Origin: a virus
Lineage: Duplodnaviria > Caudoviricetes
Reading direction: 5' to 3' (one strand)
IMG/VR virus record: IMGVR_UViG_3300014204_013734
Span: 192,001 to 256,000 of that record
DNA: 64,000 nucleotides
Program-made: the position numbers and the translations under genes
The notes under the pieces: generated by a model
Seen by the model: the letters and a program-made list of their open reading frames with translations, nothing else
Databases searched by the model: none
Told to the model about the DNA's origin: nothing
Shown here: positions 48,111 through 58,154 of the stretch, piece after piece
Layout of the letters: each line of letters begins with the position of its first letter
Numbering within the stretch: position 1 is the stretch's first letter

Positions 48111-51013
48111 TGTCAGATCAGGCCCAATGGGGAACCCTGACAATCAAGGTTCCTGATTTTCTGGAAAACGCCAAGGATGCTGTCAACAGTGTCGCGGAAT
48201 TCCTTGTCAATATTCTGGACATTGTTATGGCTGCCTTGGATTTGGTCAAGGCATTTCTGTCGGCCTACATCGACCCGATATTGTCCCTCATCCAGAAAAT
48301 CATTGATGAATTGAATTCGTTGATAAGAGACATCCGGCAAATGGGGATATACATTACCGGAGACTGGAAATTGTTCAAATATCCTTTTGATGATTTGCGT
48401 GGAGGTTATTCCGCGTTTGAACGTCGAATGCTTGTTCGTATGACCGATAGGACGGACCCGACCAGACCGGACGTGTCCGGTAATATGAAGGTTCTCGGGT
48501 CTTTCTTTTACTTGTCTGTGGATCTTTCCGAAATGCAGCGGCTTGTTGCATTTATCATGCGCCTGATCGCTTTTTTCAAACAAGATTGGTCCAATACCTC
48601 ACTTCCGACTTGCACGATCACAGAAGTTCGTTACGGAACTGGTACTGTTGATATCCTTCATCCAATGTCCCTCGGGGATGCTTTTCAATTGGACAGCACA
48701 CCGCCGCAGATGGCACAGGTACGATGGAAGATTCGGACGGATGTAGGACAGCAGAATCCGTTCAATCCATTTCCTCCTACTATGTTTGGTCCTGATGGGT
48801 TTCTCGTTACGGTGTCTACCTTCCCGGACGGAATCAAGGTGTGCTATGACAAACCTCAAACGGATACAGACACTCAACCGAGTAATTCTGATCCTTCTGT
48901 GAAGATTCAGCCCAGATCTTACGGTTTGGTAAGAAAGCAAGACGGGCGGCCTCTTGTGTTGCATGGTGGGACGCAATTGCTTACTGTCCCTTCATCCATG
49001 GGATGGAATGAGGCCACAACCGATATAGGTACTTCTCCGGGGAAAGTGCGGGTTTATGGCCAAGGTCCGGCCGCCATGAACGCCCCAATTCCATTGGACG
49101 AAATGGAGGACTTTTTTCAAAGGTCCTTCTGGGTTGACACTACATCAACCGTGTTCCAGTCATTTACGGGGGAGTATTCCATCAATTTTGGTTTGAAAGA
49201 CATGCCGCGGGAAGGGGCTGTGGTCATTGGGTCGGGAAATCAGGTTAGCATTGAACCTGTAACCGGTCCTGATGGGGATAGACGGGCGGGGACGGTTCAT
49301 GTCCGGGTTGCAGCATGCAACAAAGCAGCCTTGGAAAAGACTGTGTGGGATCTATCAAACCCCATGGCTTCCAAACTGGGACCTATGCCTGGAATTCTGG
49401 TTGCCCCGACTGCAGAAGGTGTCAACATTACGGATATCGGGGAATTTTCTTCCCCGCAAAGAGTCACCTTTCCGAACGCTTATACGGCGCAATACTTACA
49501 ATCTGTTCAAGCGGCGTTGGTCGTCCTTTTCCTTAGTCGTCCTGATTTGATTCCTGTCGACCAACTCAAGCAGGTTCTTTCCCCCGATCAGATTGCCCAA
49601 ATGACATCGTCTCCCCCCAGTCTTCTCGTGGCGGGCACCGTTCAATCGGTTTGTGGTTTGGAATCCCTGAAGCAGCTTTTACGGGTTTTGTTTGACGGGG
49701 CTCTGGGTCCGCAGTGGCAGTACAAGCAGCGAGGCGGGCAGCCCCCGTCATTCCGGTTGGCACTGTGGCGCCGGATTATGAAATTCACGCAGGATTTGTA
49801 TGCGCGGACCGGTTCCATGCCTGATGTGGAACGATTCGTTGCAACAAATACTACCTATCTTCGCAATGTTACCTGGGGGGACATCTTGCGTCCTGCATAT
49901 CCTGATCTGGCGGACCAGGTAGCGGATGCCTTCTTGCAGACAAAACTTCTGGATTCCTTGAACGCATCCGGGGAATCGGGGAATGACGGGTCTGTAGTCG
50001 GGAACCTGCAAGGTTCTGGTGTAGCGGTCAATCCCTGGTGTATTGGCATTTCGGACGTTGTGGTAGACGATTTATTTTATGATCCGGAAGCCATTTTGGG
50101 TCGAACCGAGGCGGGGATGTATGAAGCGAAGACGGTAGATCCGGGGATCACCCTTCAGCGGATGGTGCTTGCTGTTGATGCACAAGCGTACATTGCGGAA
50201 CTTCCTTCCGGGCTTCGGGAACGCTACAAGAAGTACATCCAGGAAGATGGTTCTATTCTGGTTCCCGACGAAGACTTCAACGCTTTGGAAGAACAGGTTA
50301 CGACAGGCAAGACGGAAGGTTCTGCCGATTGTTCCCCCGTTGTCTACAACGAAAATGGGGCTAATTCTACCATGGTTTTCTGCCGGGGTTTGCTTGTCAA
50401 CCATGAAGGTCCGACCGGGGTTGGCCAGCTCATCACTGAAACGCAGATTGCTCTCGGTTTAGCAGGGTCTTTGTGGAAACGAACTGATGACGGGGCATGG
50501 ATAGCCATCCGATTCTTTGATATTTTCCCTGGTGTTGACGACTTCTTGGAAACGCTCCGCAACTGGATGGAAGCCATCAAAAAGATGGTTCAGTCCATCG
50601 TTGACACCATCATCAAATATATTGAATGGTTAGAAGCCCGCATCATGGATCTTCAGCAGTTGATTCGAAGGATTAACGCCCTTATCCAATCGCTTCTCGG
50701 ATTCATGTTCCAGATTCCCGCCTGTTCATACATGGCGTGCGTATCAGACGGAACCGGAGGATTGCTGTCGGATTTCATGGGCGCCCGCAACAAACCGGGG
50801 GACAGTCCTTTGGCTTACGGGGCTGGGATTGCTTTGGTTGTACCCTTTTGTCCTTCTTTCCTTTACGATTTGTTTTCGGCGTTCTTTGCCCCGGAACCAG
50901 GGCAGGAACCTTCTGGGGTCTTAGCTGCTCCGGCTCCTCCCGATATGATTCCGCTTAACGGTTTGGCACCCCCGGCGGGGGAAAGTCAGGATGATCCTCC
51001 TGACATTTTGTGA
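48110..51013 (+). CDS. virion-associated protein with amphipathic helical termini
   Basis: 967 aa; long helical heptad segments at N- and C-termini. Confidence 0.6.
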   Translation: MSDQAQWGTLTIKVPDFLENAKDAVNSVAEFLVNILDIVMAALDLVKAFLSAYIDPILSLIQKIIDELNSLIRDIRQMGIYITGDWKLFKYPFDDLRGGYSAFERRMLVRMTDRTDPTRPDVSGNMKVLGSFFYLSVDLSEMQRLVAFIMRLIAFFKQDWSNTSLPTCTITEVRYGTGTVDILHPMSLGDAFQLDSTPPQMAQVRWKIRTDVGQQNPFNPFPPTMFGPDGFLVTVSTFPDGIKVCYDKPQTDTDTQPSNSDPSVKIQPRSYGLVRKQDGRPLVLHGGTQLLTVPSSMGWNEATTDIGTSPGKVRVYGQGPAAMNAPIPLDEMEDFFQRSFWVDTTSTVFQSFTGEYSINFGLKDMPREGAVVIGSGNQVSIEPVTGPDGDRRAGTVHVRVAACNKAALEKTVWDLSNPMASKLGPMPGILVAPTAEGVNITDIGEFSSPQRVTFPNAYTAQYLQSVQAALVVLFLSRPDLIPVDQLKQVLSPDQIAQMTSSPPSLLVAGTVQSVCGLESLKQLLRVLFDGALGPQWQYKQRGGQPPSFRLALWRRIMKFTQDLYARTGSMPDVERFVATNTTYLRNVTWGDILRPAYPDLADQVADAFLQTKLLDSLNASGESGNDGSVVGNLQGSGVAVNPWCIGISDVVVDDLFYDPEAILGRTEAGMYEAKTVDPGITLQRMVLAVDAQAYIAELPSGLRERYKKYIQEDGSILVPDEDFNALEEQVTTGKTEGSADCSPVVYNENGANSTMVFCRGLLVNHEGPTGVGQLITETQIALGLAGSLWKRTDDGAWIAIRFFDIFPGVDDFLETLRNWMEAIKKMVQSIVDTIIKYIEWLEARIMDLQQLIRRINALIQSLLGFMFQIPACSYMACVSDGTGGLLSDFMGARNKPGDSPLAYGAGIALVVPFCPSFLYDLFSAFFAPEPGQEPSGVLAAPAPPDMIPLNGLAPPAGESQDDPPDIL

Positions 51014-51025
51014 AAGGGAAAATCC

Positions 51026-51934
51026 ATGTCTTCGTTCAGTAAGATGGGGATCTGGCCGGTCGGATATTGCCGGGCTATTACCAGTTGGCTTCTTCGAAAT
51101 CGAAAGGAAGTTGCCGCTCGTATTGACACGATCACCGCTGAAATAGCTCGGATTGGGTTCGTCAAGGTCAAATACCAAACGAAGACTGATCCGGTCACTG
51201 GCGCACAGGAACCTACCGAAGTCCGGATTGCTGTTTCGGTTACTCCGGGATCGTCCTTGGGGATGCTCATGCGGGCATACATAGCTAACGGGGGGAATCC
51301 ATTAGACATTTCGCCATTTTCTCATCCCGATGGGACAACCGTTTCTGTTGGTCCCGGCGATGAAGCCGTATCGTCTTTTGCCTATCCTCACGGGGGTGTT
51401 GTTGCCCCATTGTCTGCGGAACCCATGGAAAACGTAGAAGTTATGGTTGATGGCCCGGACGGAAATCCGGTAGACTCCGGGTTCGGGCAGGACCGGGGAG
51501 GCTGGCTGAATACCGACCGGTATTATCCTGCCAGACAGGGAGGTCGGGCGGATAGAGGTTCCTGGGATTCGGATAGCATCGTCAAGGCAATTCACCATAC
51601 TCGTCAATGGGCCAACCAGGAAATCAAAGAACGGCTTCAAGACCTTGAATGGCGGATCATCAAGTTGTGTGATTTACGGGAACAACTGATCCGGGAAAGG
51701 GATGAAATTCTGGTTCAGGCGTTCGGCGGGGTGCTTCGGGGGGTAAAATCCTTTGACCAGGGTCGGTTTAATCCTGATTTGTTGGTCCAGAACGTGGTGA
51801 ATCTGCTTTATTATCAGATTTACGAAACGGATGGGAAAGGGCTCGTTTCGACCAAAGCAAGCAAGAAAATTGGATTGTTGCCCTTTACCTTTGAAGACCT
51901 TCCGTCAGAGTTGCGAGATCCGATGGGTTGCTGA
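51026..51934 (+). CDS. hypothetical phage protein (coiled-coil)
   Basis: 302-aa ORF in operon, RBS AAGGGA. Confidence 0.65.
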   Translation: MSSFSKMGIWPVGYCRAITSWLLRNRKEVAARIDTITAEIARIGFVKVKYQTKTDPVTGAQEPTEVRIAVSVTPGSSLGMLMRAYIANGGNPLDISPFSHPDGTTVSVGPGDEAVSSFAYPHGGVVAPLSAEPMENVEVMVDGPDGNPVDSGFGQDRGGWLNTDRYYPARQGGRADRGSWDSDSIVKAIHHTRQWANQEIKERLQDLEWRIIKLCDLREQLIRERDEILVQAFGGVLRGVKSFDQGRFNPDLLVQNVVNLLYYQIYETDGKGLVSTKASKKIGLLPFTFEDLPSELRDPMGC

Positions 51935-51995
51935 TTCCCGGTCAGGAGGTTATGGAAAACCCTTATTTGAAGTTTCTTGTCAAAGGGGTTTTTTG

Positions 51996-53174
51996 ATGTC
52001 ATCAGATGTACGACTTGCGTGGGTTTGCCCCCACCGGACTTTAGAAGAAGTGGTCGCCTTGCAGGCGGATCGCCGATCCTTGCCGACTCGACAACCAATA
52101 GCTGGAGCCGGGTCTGTTCGTATCACGGCAAATGACGAAGTGCTTATTCCCCAAGGGGGTTTGTTCGTGTCGGCGCAGTTGTCCGGGACCGTGTCAGGAC
52201 CTTTTGACCTTGTGGCCGGAGATGATCGGGTTACGGTGACTACCCCAGCGGGTTCGGAAACGGTTTCTTTGGGTGTGTTGGGAACTACCCGTTTGTCTAC
52301 GGACCAAGTTATTAAAAAATTCCAACAGGCTAATTTCCAAGTCGCTTTGTTGGAAAACATCAACGGGCATTTGGTTTTTTCAGATATTTCTACGGTTGGA
52401 CCTGATTCTTTTGTTCGCATGGACGGTCCGGCGGCGTATGCCCTTGGGTTTGGTTCTATTTCCTGTGGGCCTGGCGACCGGCAACGGATTGCTCGGGGGC
52501 GTCAGGCGTATCCAGGTTGGGGCCTTCAGGTCAGGCAAGACACGATCACGAATCGTTATCCGGTGTTCAATTTCCCCGTGACGGCAAACCCGGTCTTTAA
52601 GGTGTCTTACACGGCGCCTAAAAACCGTTGCTTGCGATGTGGAGGAATGGGCACTGAAAACGATTGGCGCTTCGGGGAAGATGGGCAGATAATCCGAGTA
52701 GAAAATGAAAACCTGCTTTATCAAGCATGCCTGAAAATTCTACTGACTAATCGGGGTAGCAACCCTTATCATACGTGGTACGGTACGACTTTACAAAGTC
52801 GTATTGGGGCCAAGGCGGTCAGTGGCATGTCTTCGCTGATAAGTGAGGATGTCAGAACAGCCTTGGTTAAATTTCAGAATCTTCAGGAACAACAAGCCAA
52901 ATATCAGGTTGTTACATTCAAGGAACGCTTGTATGCCGTCACGTCAGTGCAAGCTACGCCACACACGCAGGATCCAACCACATGGTTGGTAGATGTGTCG
53001 GTTCAGAACGCGTCCGGCGAACCAATTACGTTGAATATTGTTTATACGGTGCCTGGTGTTGTTGCTTTGATGGGTTCAAACGGTCTTTTTATGAATAGTG
53101 ATTCCGCAAGTTTGGATACGGGACTTGTGTCTGTTCCTGGGCAATTGGTCGTTGATGGGATTCTTGTGAGGTGA
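51996..53174 (+). CDS. baseplate wedge protein with C-terminal gp25-like domain
   Basis: C-terminal KILLTNRGSNPYHTWYGTTL...IG gp25 signature; CLRCGG Zn knuckle; AAAGGGG RBS before ATG 51996. Confidence 0.7.
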   Translation: MSSDVRLAWVCPHRTLEEVVALQADRRSLPTRQPIAGAGSVRITANDEVLIPQGGLFVSAQLSGTVSGPFDLVAGDDRVTVTTPAGSETVSLGVLGTTRLSTDQVIKKFQQANFQVALLENINGHLVFSDISTVGPDSFVRMDGPAAYALGFGSISCGPGDRQRIARGRQAYPGWGLQVRQDTITNRYPVFNFPVTANPVFKVSYTAPKNRCLRCGGMGTENDWRFGEDGQIIRVENENLLYQACLKILLTNRGSNPYHTWYGTTLQSRIGAKAVSGMSSLISEDVRTALVKFQNLQEQQAKYQVVTFKERLYAVTSVQATPHTQDPTTWLVDVSVQNASGEPITLNIVYTVPGVVALMGSNGLFMNSDSASLDTGLVSVPGQLVVDGILVR

Positions 53175-53176
53175 CC

Positions 53177-56100
53177 ATGGCTGATAACTTGAAGACACCC
53201 AGATTTTACGGTCCCGATAATGTGCTTCGGGACACGTTTATCTTCACGACCGATCTGCCTTTTCGGTTTTTTAATGGTGTCATTGACGCTGATACCGTTG
53301 ATATGCAGGTGTCAATTAGGGGCGGTGCCTTCACCAGCGATCCTGATTGGATTGCTTTTGAAGGTACGGAATTCAGCATCCCAAATCCAACGGCATGGCC
53401 TGATGGTCTTCAATTGCTTCCGGGGGACAATTTAATCGAAGCCCGAGCTATCCTTTCCAATGGCGATGTGTCTCCTGTAGGGTCCGTTCTTGCCAAGTTG
53501 TCTCTTGAACGGGATGTCAAGGCTAGTGTCATTGCCCCTTCGGAGATTTTCGTGGAACGCCTGGACGGGGTCGTGAATATTTGGGTCAACGGTTTAGATG
53601 ACCCGAACGTGACCGGATACCTCTTTTACGCGTCCGTTTCCCCTGGGGGGGGAACTGCCGGATACTTGCAGCTTACCCCACAACCGGTTATTTCCGGGCA
53701 AGCCACAGAAGATGTGCAGGGAATGTCCGAAATGACCGTGGATGCCACGGTAGCCACAAATTCAGAAGGGTTGCATGCAGCGGAACCGCTGTTCCTTCGT
53801 GTCCTGCAGGAACAAACTGATAGACAGGGGACTGTCATTCAGACGGATTGTAACCAAGCCACGACGATCCCAGACACGGTTTCGCAGATTCGAACTACCG
53901 TGTCTATCAGTTCAGTTCGAACGACTACCCGATATATGTTTTCTCATAGCCGGCTCGCGAACAATACAATCACATCGTCAAATCCGACGATCCCCCATGC
54001 GGAATTCAACGCGATTCCAGACACGGAACCGTTGTATTACGTAGTCACTGCCCTTTATTTGATTGATGGTGTTGAATACGAATCATCTTTTTCTCCGGAA
54101 GTTGCGGCCGAACCTTTGACCGTTCGTCCTATGGTGTCCGCCCTTCCTGTCGTGACTAGAGAACAGATTGTTAGGTCTACGGTTTTGTCCATTTACCGGA
54201 CACATCCTGAAGTGGATGTTAAAGAAGGTTCCGTTTATCGGGACACGGTGATTGATCCGTTTTCCAGTGAAGCGGAACGTATACGATTCGTCATAGGATT
54301 CATCCAGGCGGCTCAAAGTTTCACTACATTGTTGGCCATTGATGATCCTGGGGATTCGGGAACGTCGGTTGCCGTATCCCTTTCTCCGTACAAACAAGCT
54401 TTGAAGCAGGCGTTCTACTTGTCGACCGACAAGGATGTCCAGAACCTTATTGACAACGCCTTCGATCACATAGCTGCCCGCAGGGGCGTCAAACGTAAGT
54501 ATGGTTCCAGGGCAAACGGTGAATTGGTTTTCTACCTCCTTGCCCGTCCTGCCGTGTCACAGTTCATTCAAATCGGTCAAATCGCGACTTCTGGGGGGAC
54601 CCAATTCCGTACGACATCCGCCGGTTGGATCACCCCTTACGGGTCGGGTTCCGCTTATAGTGCAAAGACAGGCCGATGGGCTGTCCGTCTGTTTATTCAG
54701 GCATCAAATCCTGGGGCGGCTGGCAATGTGGCGGTAGGGCAAATCAGGTCCTTGGTTGGGGGGCCTCCTGGTGTCCTGTGTTACAACGATGCTACGACCT
54801 TCGGCGGGACGGACACGGAAACCAACAAACAACTCGCTACTAGGGCAGATGGGGTCCTTTCTTCGGTTGATACAGGGACATACCGAGGGTACGTTCAGAG
54901 TGGTAATGACATCCCTGGGGTTCTTGAAGCCAAAGTCGTGGATGCAGGTAATTCGCTCATGCTTCGGGACATTGATCCTTCCACGGGCAAGCATACCGGG
55001 GGGAAGGTAGATGTCTGGATGCGTGGTGAAAGTCTGGCGACGATAAGAGACAGTTTTGCCTTTTCCTTTGAAATCGTGGAAAACGGTCAATTTGAACCGG
55101 TAGGGGCATTGTCTGATTTGAAATTCAGAGCGGTAAATTCCAGCATCAGTGCTGACAACCCGATCATTGAAATGCTGGACATACCTGATTGGGGTTATGA
55201 ATTCGTTGATACCCGCACCGGCAAGGTGTTTGATCTTACGGGTGTGACCATCATTCCACCTGACATGATTCAACTTGCCACTTCTTTGAACGATCCCCTT
55301 GACATTGCTATCACTGATTTGTTCACAGGGTCTTATCGTTGGAGGACCAGTAACAGGCATGTATTTGGGCGGCAACCGGTTCGGGAAGTGACGGAATTGG
55401 TAGGTGAAGTGACGGGAACTGTGAACCCCGATTACTACAAGCTCTTCGCCGGGAGTCAACCGCTTGATCTTGGACGTTCCGTTGAAGCGGGGGATTACCT
55501 TCAGGTTATCCAACCACTTGGACAGACTCCCTTGCAAATCCCATCCGGGCAACCGGTCACTGTTACCGGTGAACGTCATGTTATGCTTGACGGAACGGAA
55601 TGGCTTTGGAGTCTTGGCATCAACCCTCTCACGGTCAAGGTTTGGAATCTTGGCCGAACGGTACAATATTGGAGTCCTTACCAACCGGGTGTTGAACCCG
55701 ATTTCACCTTTGTCCCTGAATCCGGCGAAGACCCCCTTGGCATCAAACCTACCGCTCTTTCCAGGATCACGGATGGTGAGGAAGTTCTGGTTGATTACGA
55801 ACACGATGAAAACTTCGTCGTCACCTATTCCGTGAATGCTATTGTGTCGTCGGGACAAGCTGTTTTGGACAACGAAAGGCATGCAACTGCCGATGTTCTG
55901 GCGAAGGAAACACCACAGACTGGCGTTGACATTACAGCAACAATCGTTCTCAAAAAGAACACCAACACGTCAGCGTCCGACAGTTCTGTCAGGACCGCCC
56001 TCGGGCGCCTGTTTGGGACATTCAAGATGGGGACTCCAATCCGGCAGTCCGATGTTGATGCAACCATCAGGCTGGTTTCCAACGTTGCTTATGTAGTATT

Positions 56101-56698
56101 GCCGTTGACGAAATTGGCTAAATCCGACGAGTCCGAAGTTATTTTGGAAGAGGTTACGGTTTCAGCCAAGACGGACTGGTTCAAAATCACGGATTGGTCA
56201 ACCAGTGAAGTTGACATGATCCTTCTGACGGAACCTTTGGAATCAGGAACCTTGGATGGAGGCGGTAATTTCTGGGAACCAAGGGCGGTTTACTTTAACG
56301 AGGAACTTTTAACAACTTGGGACACCCCTCCAGATGCTGACGGGGTTCCTATGAATCGGACGCAATGGGGGGCATTCATTATCGGGAATGGGGGTCTGAA
56401 TATCCCGAAATACAGTGACGATGCTACGTTGAAGGTTAAGTATCCTTTCGCTTCCGATGCGGAAATCATGCAATGGAGGATCACCTTGACGGCTCGTCGC
56501 ATCATTGTAGCCCTCCCTTCTGGAACGGACCCTACGACAGGGACGTGGAAGGCGGATTACATTGTCCATGGCGACACGGGAGTGAAGAATATTGTCCCAG
56601 GACCTATTGAAGTTTTGACACTCGGGAATCTTGAGTTCACATATGACGAGGAACCTGATTTCTCGTCCCAGGTTAGCGGTGGAACACGGAGTTCTTGA
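53177..56698 (+). CDS. baseplate J / gp6-like wedge protein
   Basis: DVKEGSVYRD, FDHIAARRGVKR, A.NPGAAGNV, FGGTDTETN..LA.R, GGKVDVW motifs. Confidence 0.8.
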   Translation: MADNLKTPRFYGPDNVLRDTFIFTTDLPFRFFNGVIDADTVDMQVSIRGGAFTSDPDWIAFEGTEFSIPNPTAWPDGLQLLPGDNLIEARAILSNGDVSPVGSVLAKLSLERDVKASVIAPSEIFVERLDGVVNIWVNGLDDPNVTGYLFYASVSPGGGTAGYLQLTPQPVISGQATEDVQGMSEMTVDATVATNSEGLHAAEPLFLRVLQEQTDRQGTVIQTDCNQATTIPDTVSQIRTTVSISSVRTTTRYMFSHSRLANNTITSSNPTIPHAEFNAIPDTEPLYYVVTALYLIDGVEYESSFSPEVAAEPLTVRPMVSALPVVTREQIVRSTVLSIYRTHPEVDVKEGSVYRDTVIDPFSSEAERIRFVIGFIQAAQSFTTLLAIDDPGDSGTSVAVSLSPYKQALKQAFYLSTDKDVQNLIDNAFDHIAARRGVKRKYGSRANGELVFYLLARPAVSQFIQIGQIATSGGTQFRTTSAGWITPYGSGSAYSAKTGRWAVRLFIQASNPGAAGNVAVGQIRSLVGGPPGVLCYNDATTFGGTDTETNKQLATRADGVLSSVDTGTYRGYVQSGNDIPGVLEAKVVDAGNSLMLRDIDPSTGKHTGGKVDVWMRGESLATIRDSFAFSFEIVENGQFEPVGALSDLKFRAVNSSISADNPIIEMLDIPDWGYEFVDTRTGKVFDLTGVTIIPPDMIQLATSLNDPLDIAITDLFTGSYRWRTSNRHVFGRQPVREVTELVGEVTGTVNPDYYKLFAGSQPLDLGRSVEAGDYLQVIQPLGQTPLQIPSGQPVTVTGERHVMLDGTEWLWSLGINPLTVKVWNLGRTVQYWSPYQPGVEPDFTFVPESGEDPLGIKPTALSRITDGEEVLVDYEHDENFVVTYSVNAIVSSGQAVLDNERHATADVLAKETPQTGVDITATIVLKKNTNTSASDSSVRTALGRLFGTFKMGTPIRQSDVDATIRLVSNVAYVVLPLTKLAKSDESEVILEEVTVSAKTDWFKITDWSTSEVDMILLTEPLESGTLDGGGNFWEPRAVYFNEELLTTWDTPPDADGVPMNRTQWGAFIIGNGGLNIPKYSDDATLKVKYPFASDAEIMQWRITLTARRIIVALPSGTDPTTGTWKADYIVHGDTGVKNIVPGPIEVLTLGNLEFTYDEEPDFSSQVSGGTRSS

Positions 56699-58089
56699 TG
56701 CCAGACCAACCAGACAACACGACATTTCTGCCGGATTTAGTTCCGCAGAATCCTGCTCCTATCGGGGACAGTCAGGGGCGTAAAGATGTGGTCCGAGACC
56801 AGGTTGACCACATCATGGCGGTTTTCAGCAAGGTGTTGCCTAGCAACTACATTGATCAGGTTTCCGGATCATTCCATTCCCTTCAATTTCAAGCCATGGC
56901 GGAACGGATTGCCGATTTTCAGGTTACGGCCCAAGAAGTATTTGTAGATTCTTTCCACGAATATACGCGACCTGAATTTTTGTGGCAAATCATCGGGGCT
57001 TTGGTTTTCCCTGATGCTAAGACGGATGGTTGGCCTAAAATTGAAGGCGATCTCAGCTACAGGGAATTCGTTCGTCGGATGGTAGAACTCCTGCTCCAGG
57101 GGTCAAAAAAAGAAACCTTGCAAGAAGGTATGGCCCTTCTAACGGATGCTACGGTAGAAATCATTGAATGTGGCATTGAAGCAAGAAAACTAAAGGGAAA
57201 ATCCGCCTGGGGTCCTGATGAGCAATTCACTTTTGAAATAAACATCAGTCAGGAAAACGGGACCGTGGACGTTGATGGCGTTCAAGTTCCTTTGTGGAAG
57301 TTTCCTGACGATCCTTTCACTTTGTTTCGGAATGCACAAATCGTCCTCCGGGCATTGAAACCTGGGCACACCCTCTATGATTGGCGGTATTTGTTCCGGG
57401 AAACCTTTGGGGCACTGTTCACCGATACTTGGTCTTTCACCTGGGAAGATTATCACTACCAGGATTTCAGGCGTTGGTGGCTCGGTGCCGCCAGGATGAC
57501 GGGTTCTTCAGGAACGACCCTTTCGGATCGGACGTTGTTCAGTGATACGACACGGGATTTCACAGCTATAAAACCCGGTGCGACACTTCGTATTCTGGAT
57601 GGTGTAAATTCTGTCAATGACGGCAAGTTGGGGGCTACAAATTCCCTGACGGAGGAAGAATTCCCTGGTTATTTCAGGGTTGTGGAAATCAGGACCTTTC
57701 CGGTCGGGGATGATCCAACCCCTCGGGCTTATACTACTACTCCTTCAGGTTTGTCAGGGACCGCAACTGTGGAGGATGGAAACATCGTCGATCTTTTCCA
57801 GAATTGGGCTTTGGTTGTAGAAGGGGAAATCTTGACCTTTTCGGCAGGCCCAAATGCCGGAAACTACCGACTAAAAACCTTGATTGGGTTGCACGGGGGG
57901 CCAATTGGGGTTCCTACGGCAACTGGACCTTCAACGAAGGTACGTCCGGCCCCCAGTCTCCTTCGTGTTCGGCGTAGAATGAAGATGGCTGTTTCGGGGC
58001 AGAGCTGGGAAGTTGTTGTTGACAGATTGGGTATGCAGACGCCCCGAAGGGTGTCTGGGGAAGACGCTACGCCTTGGTTTGTGAGGTGA
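56698..58089 (+). CDS. baseplate wedge / tail protein I (gp7-like)
   Basis: SYREFVRRMVELLLQGS...LRALKPGHT pattern; follows baseplate J. Confidence 0.6.
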   Translation: MPDQPDNTTFLPDLVPQNPAPIGDSQGRKDVVRDQVDHIMAVFSKVLPSNYIDQVSGSFHSLQFQAMAERIADFQVTAQEVFVDSFHEYTRPEFLWQIIGALVFPDAKTDGWPKIEGDLSYREFVRRMVELLLQGSKKETLQEGMALLTDATVEIIECGIEARKLKGKSAWGPDEQFTFEINISQENGTVDVDGVQVPLWKFPDDPFTLFRNAQIVLRALKPGHTLYDWRYLFRETFGALFTDTWSFTWEDYHYQDFRRWWLGAARMTGSSGTTLSDRTLFSDTTRDFTAIKPGATLRILDGVNSVNDGKLGATNSLTEEEFPGYFRVVEIRTFPVGDDPTPRAYTTTPSGLSGTATVEDGNIVDLFQNWALVVEGEILTFSAGPNAGNYRLKTLIGLHGGPIGVPTATGPSTKVRPAPSLLRVRRRMKMAVSGQSWEVVVDRLGMQTPRRVSGEDATPWFVR

Positions 58090-58154
58090 TTCGTCTATGG
58101 GAACCCCTTCCGTAGGTTCCTTGGGTTTGAAATTAGAGGTTTGGAGAAAGACAC

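Noticed and set aside
7831-58089. Bacterial extracellular contractile injection system or tailocin instead of a phage
   Set aside because: Very large size, homing endonucleases, capsid/terminase-like paralogs, phage-type phosphoesterase and absence of host genes favour a jumbo phage, although the true head genes are outside the window.
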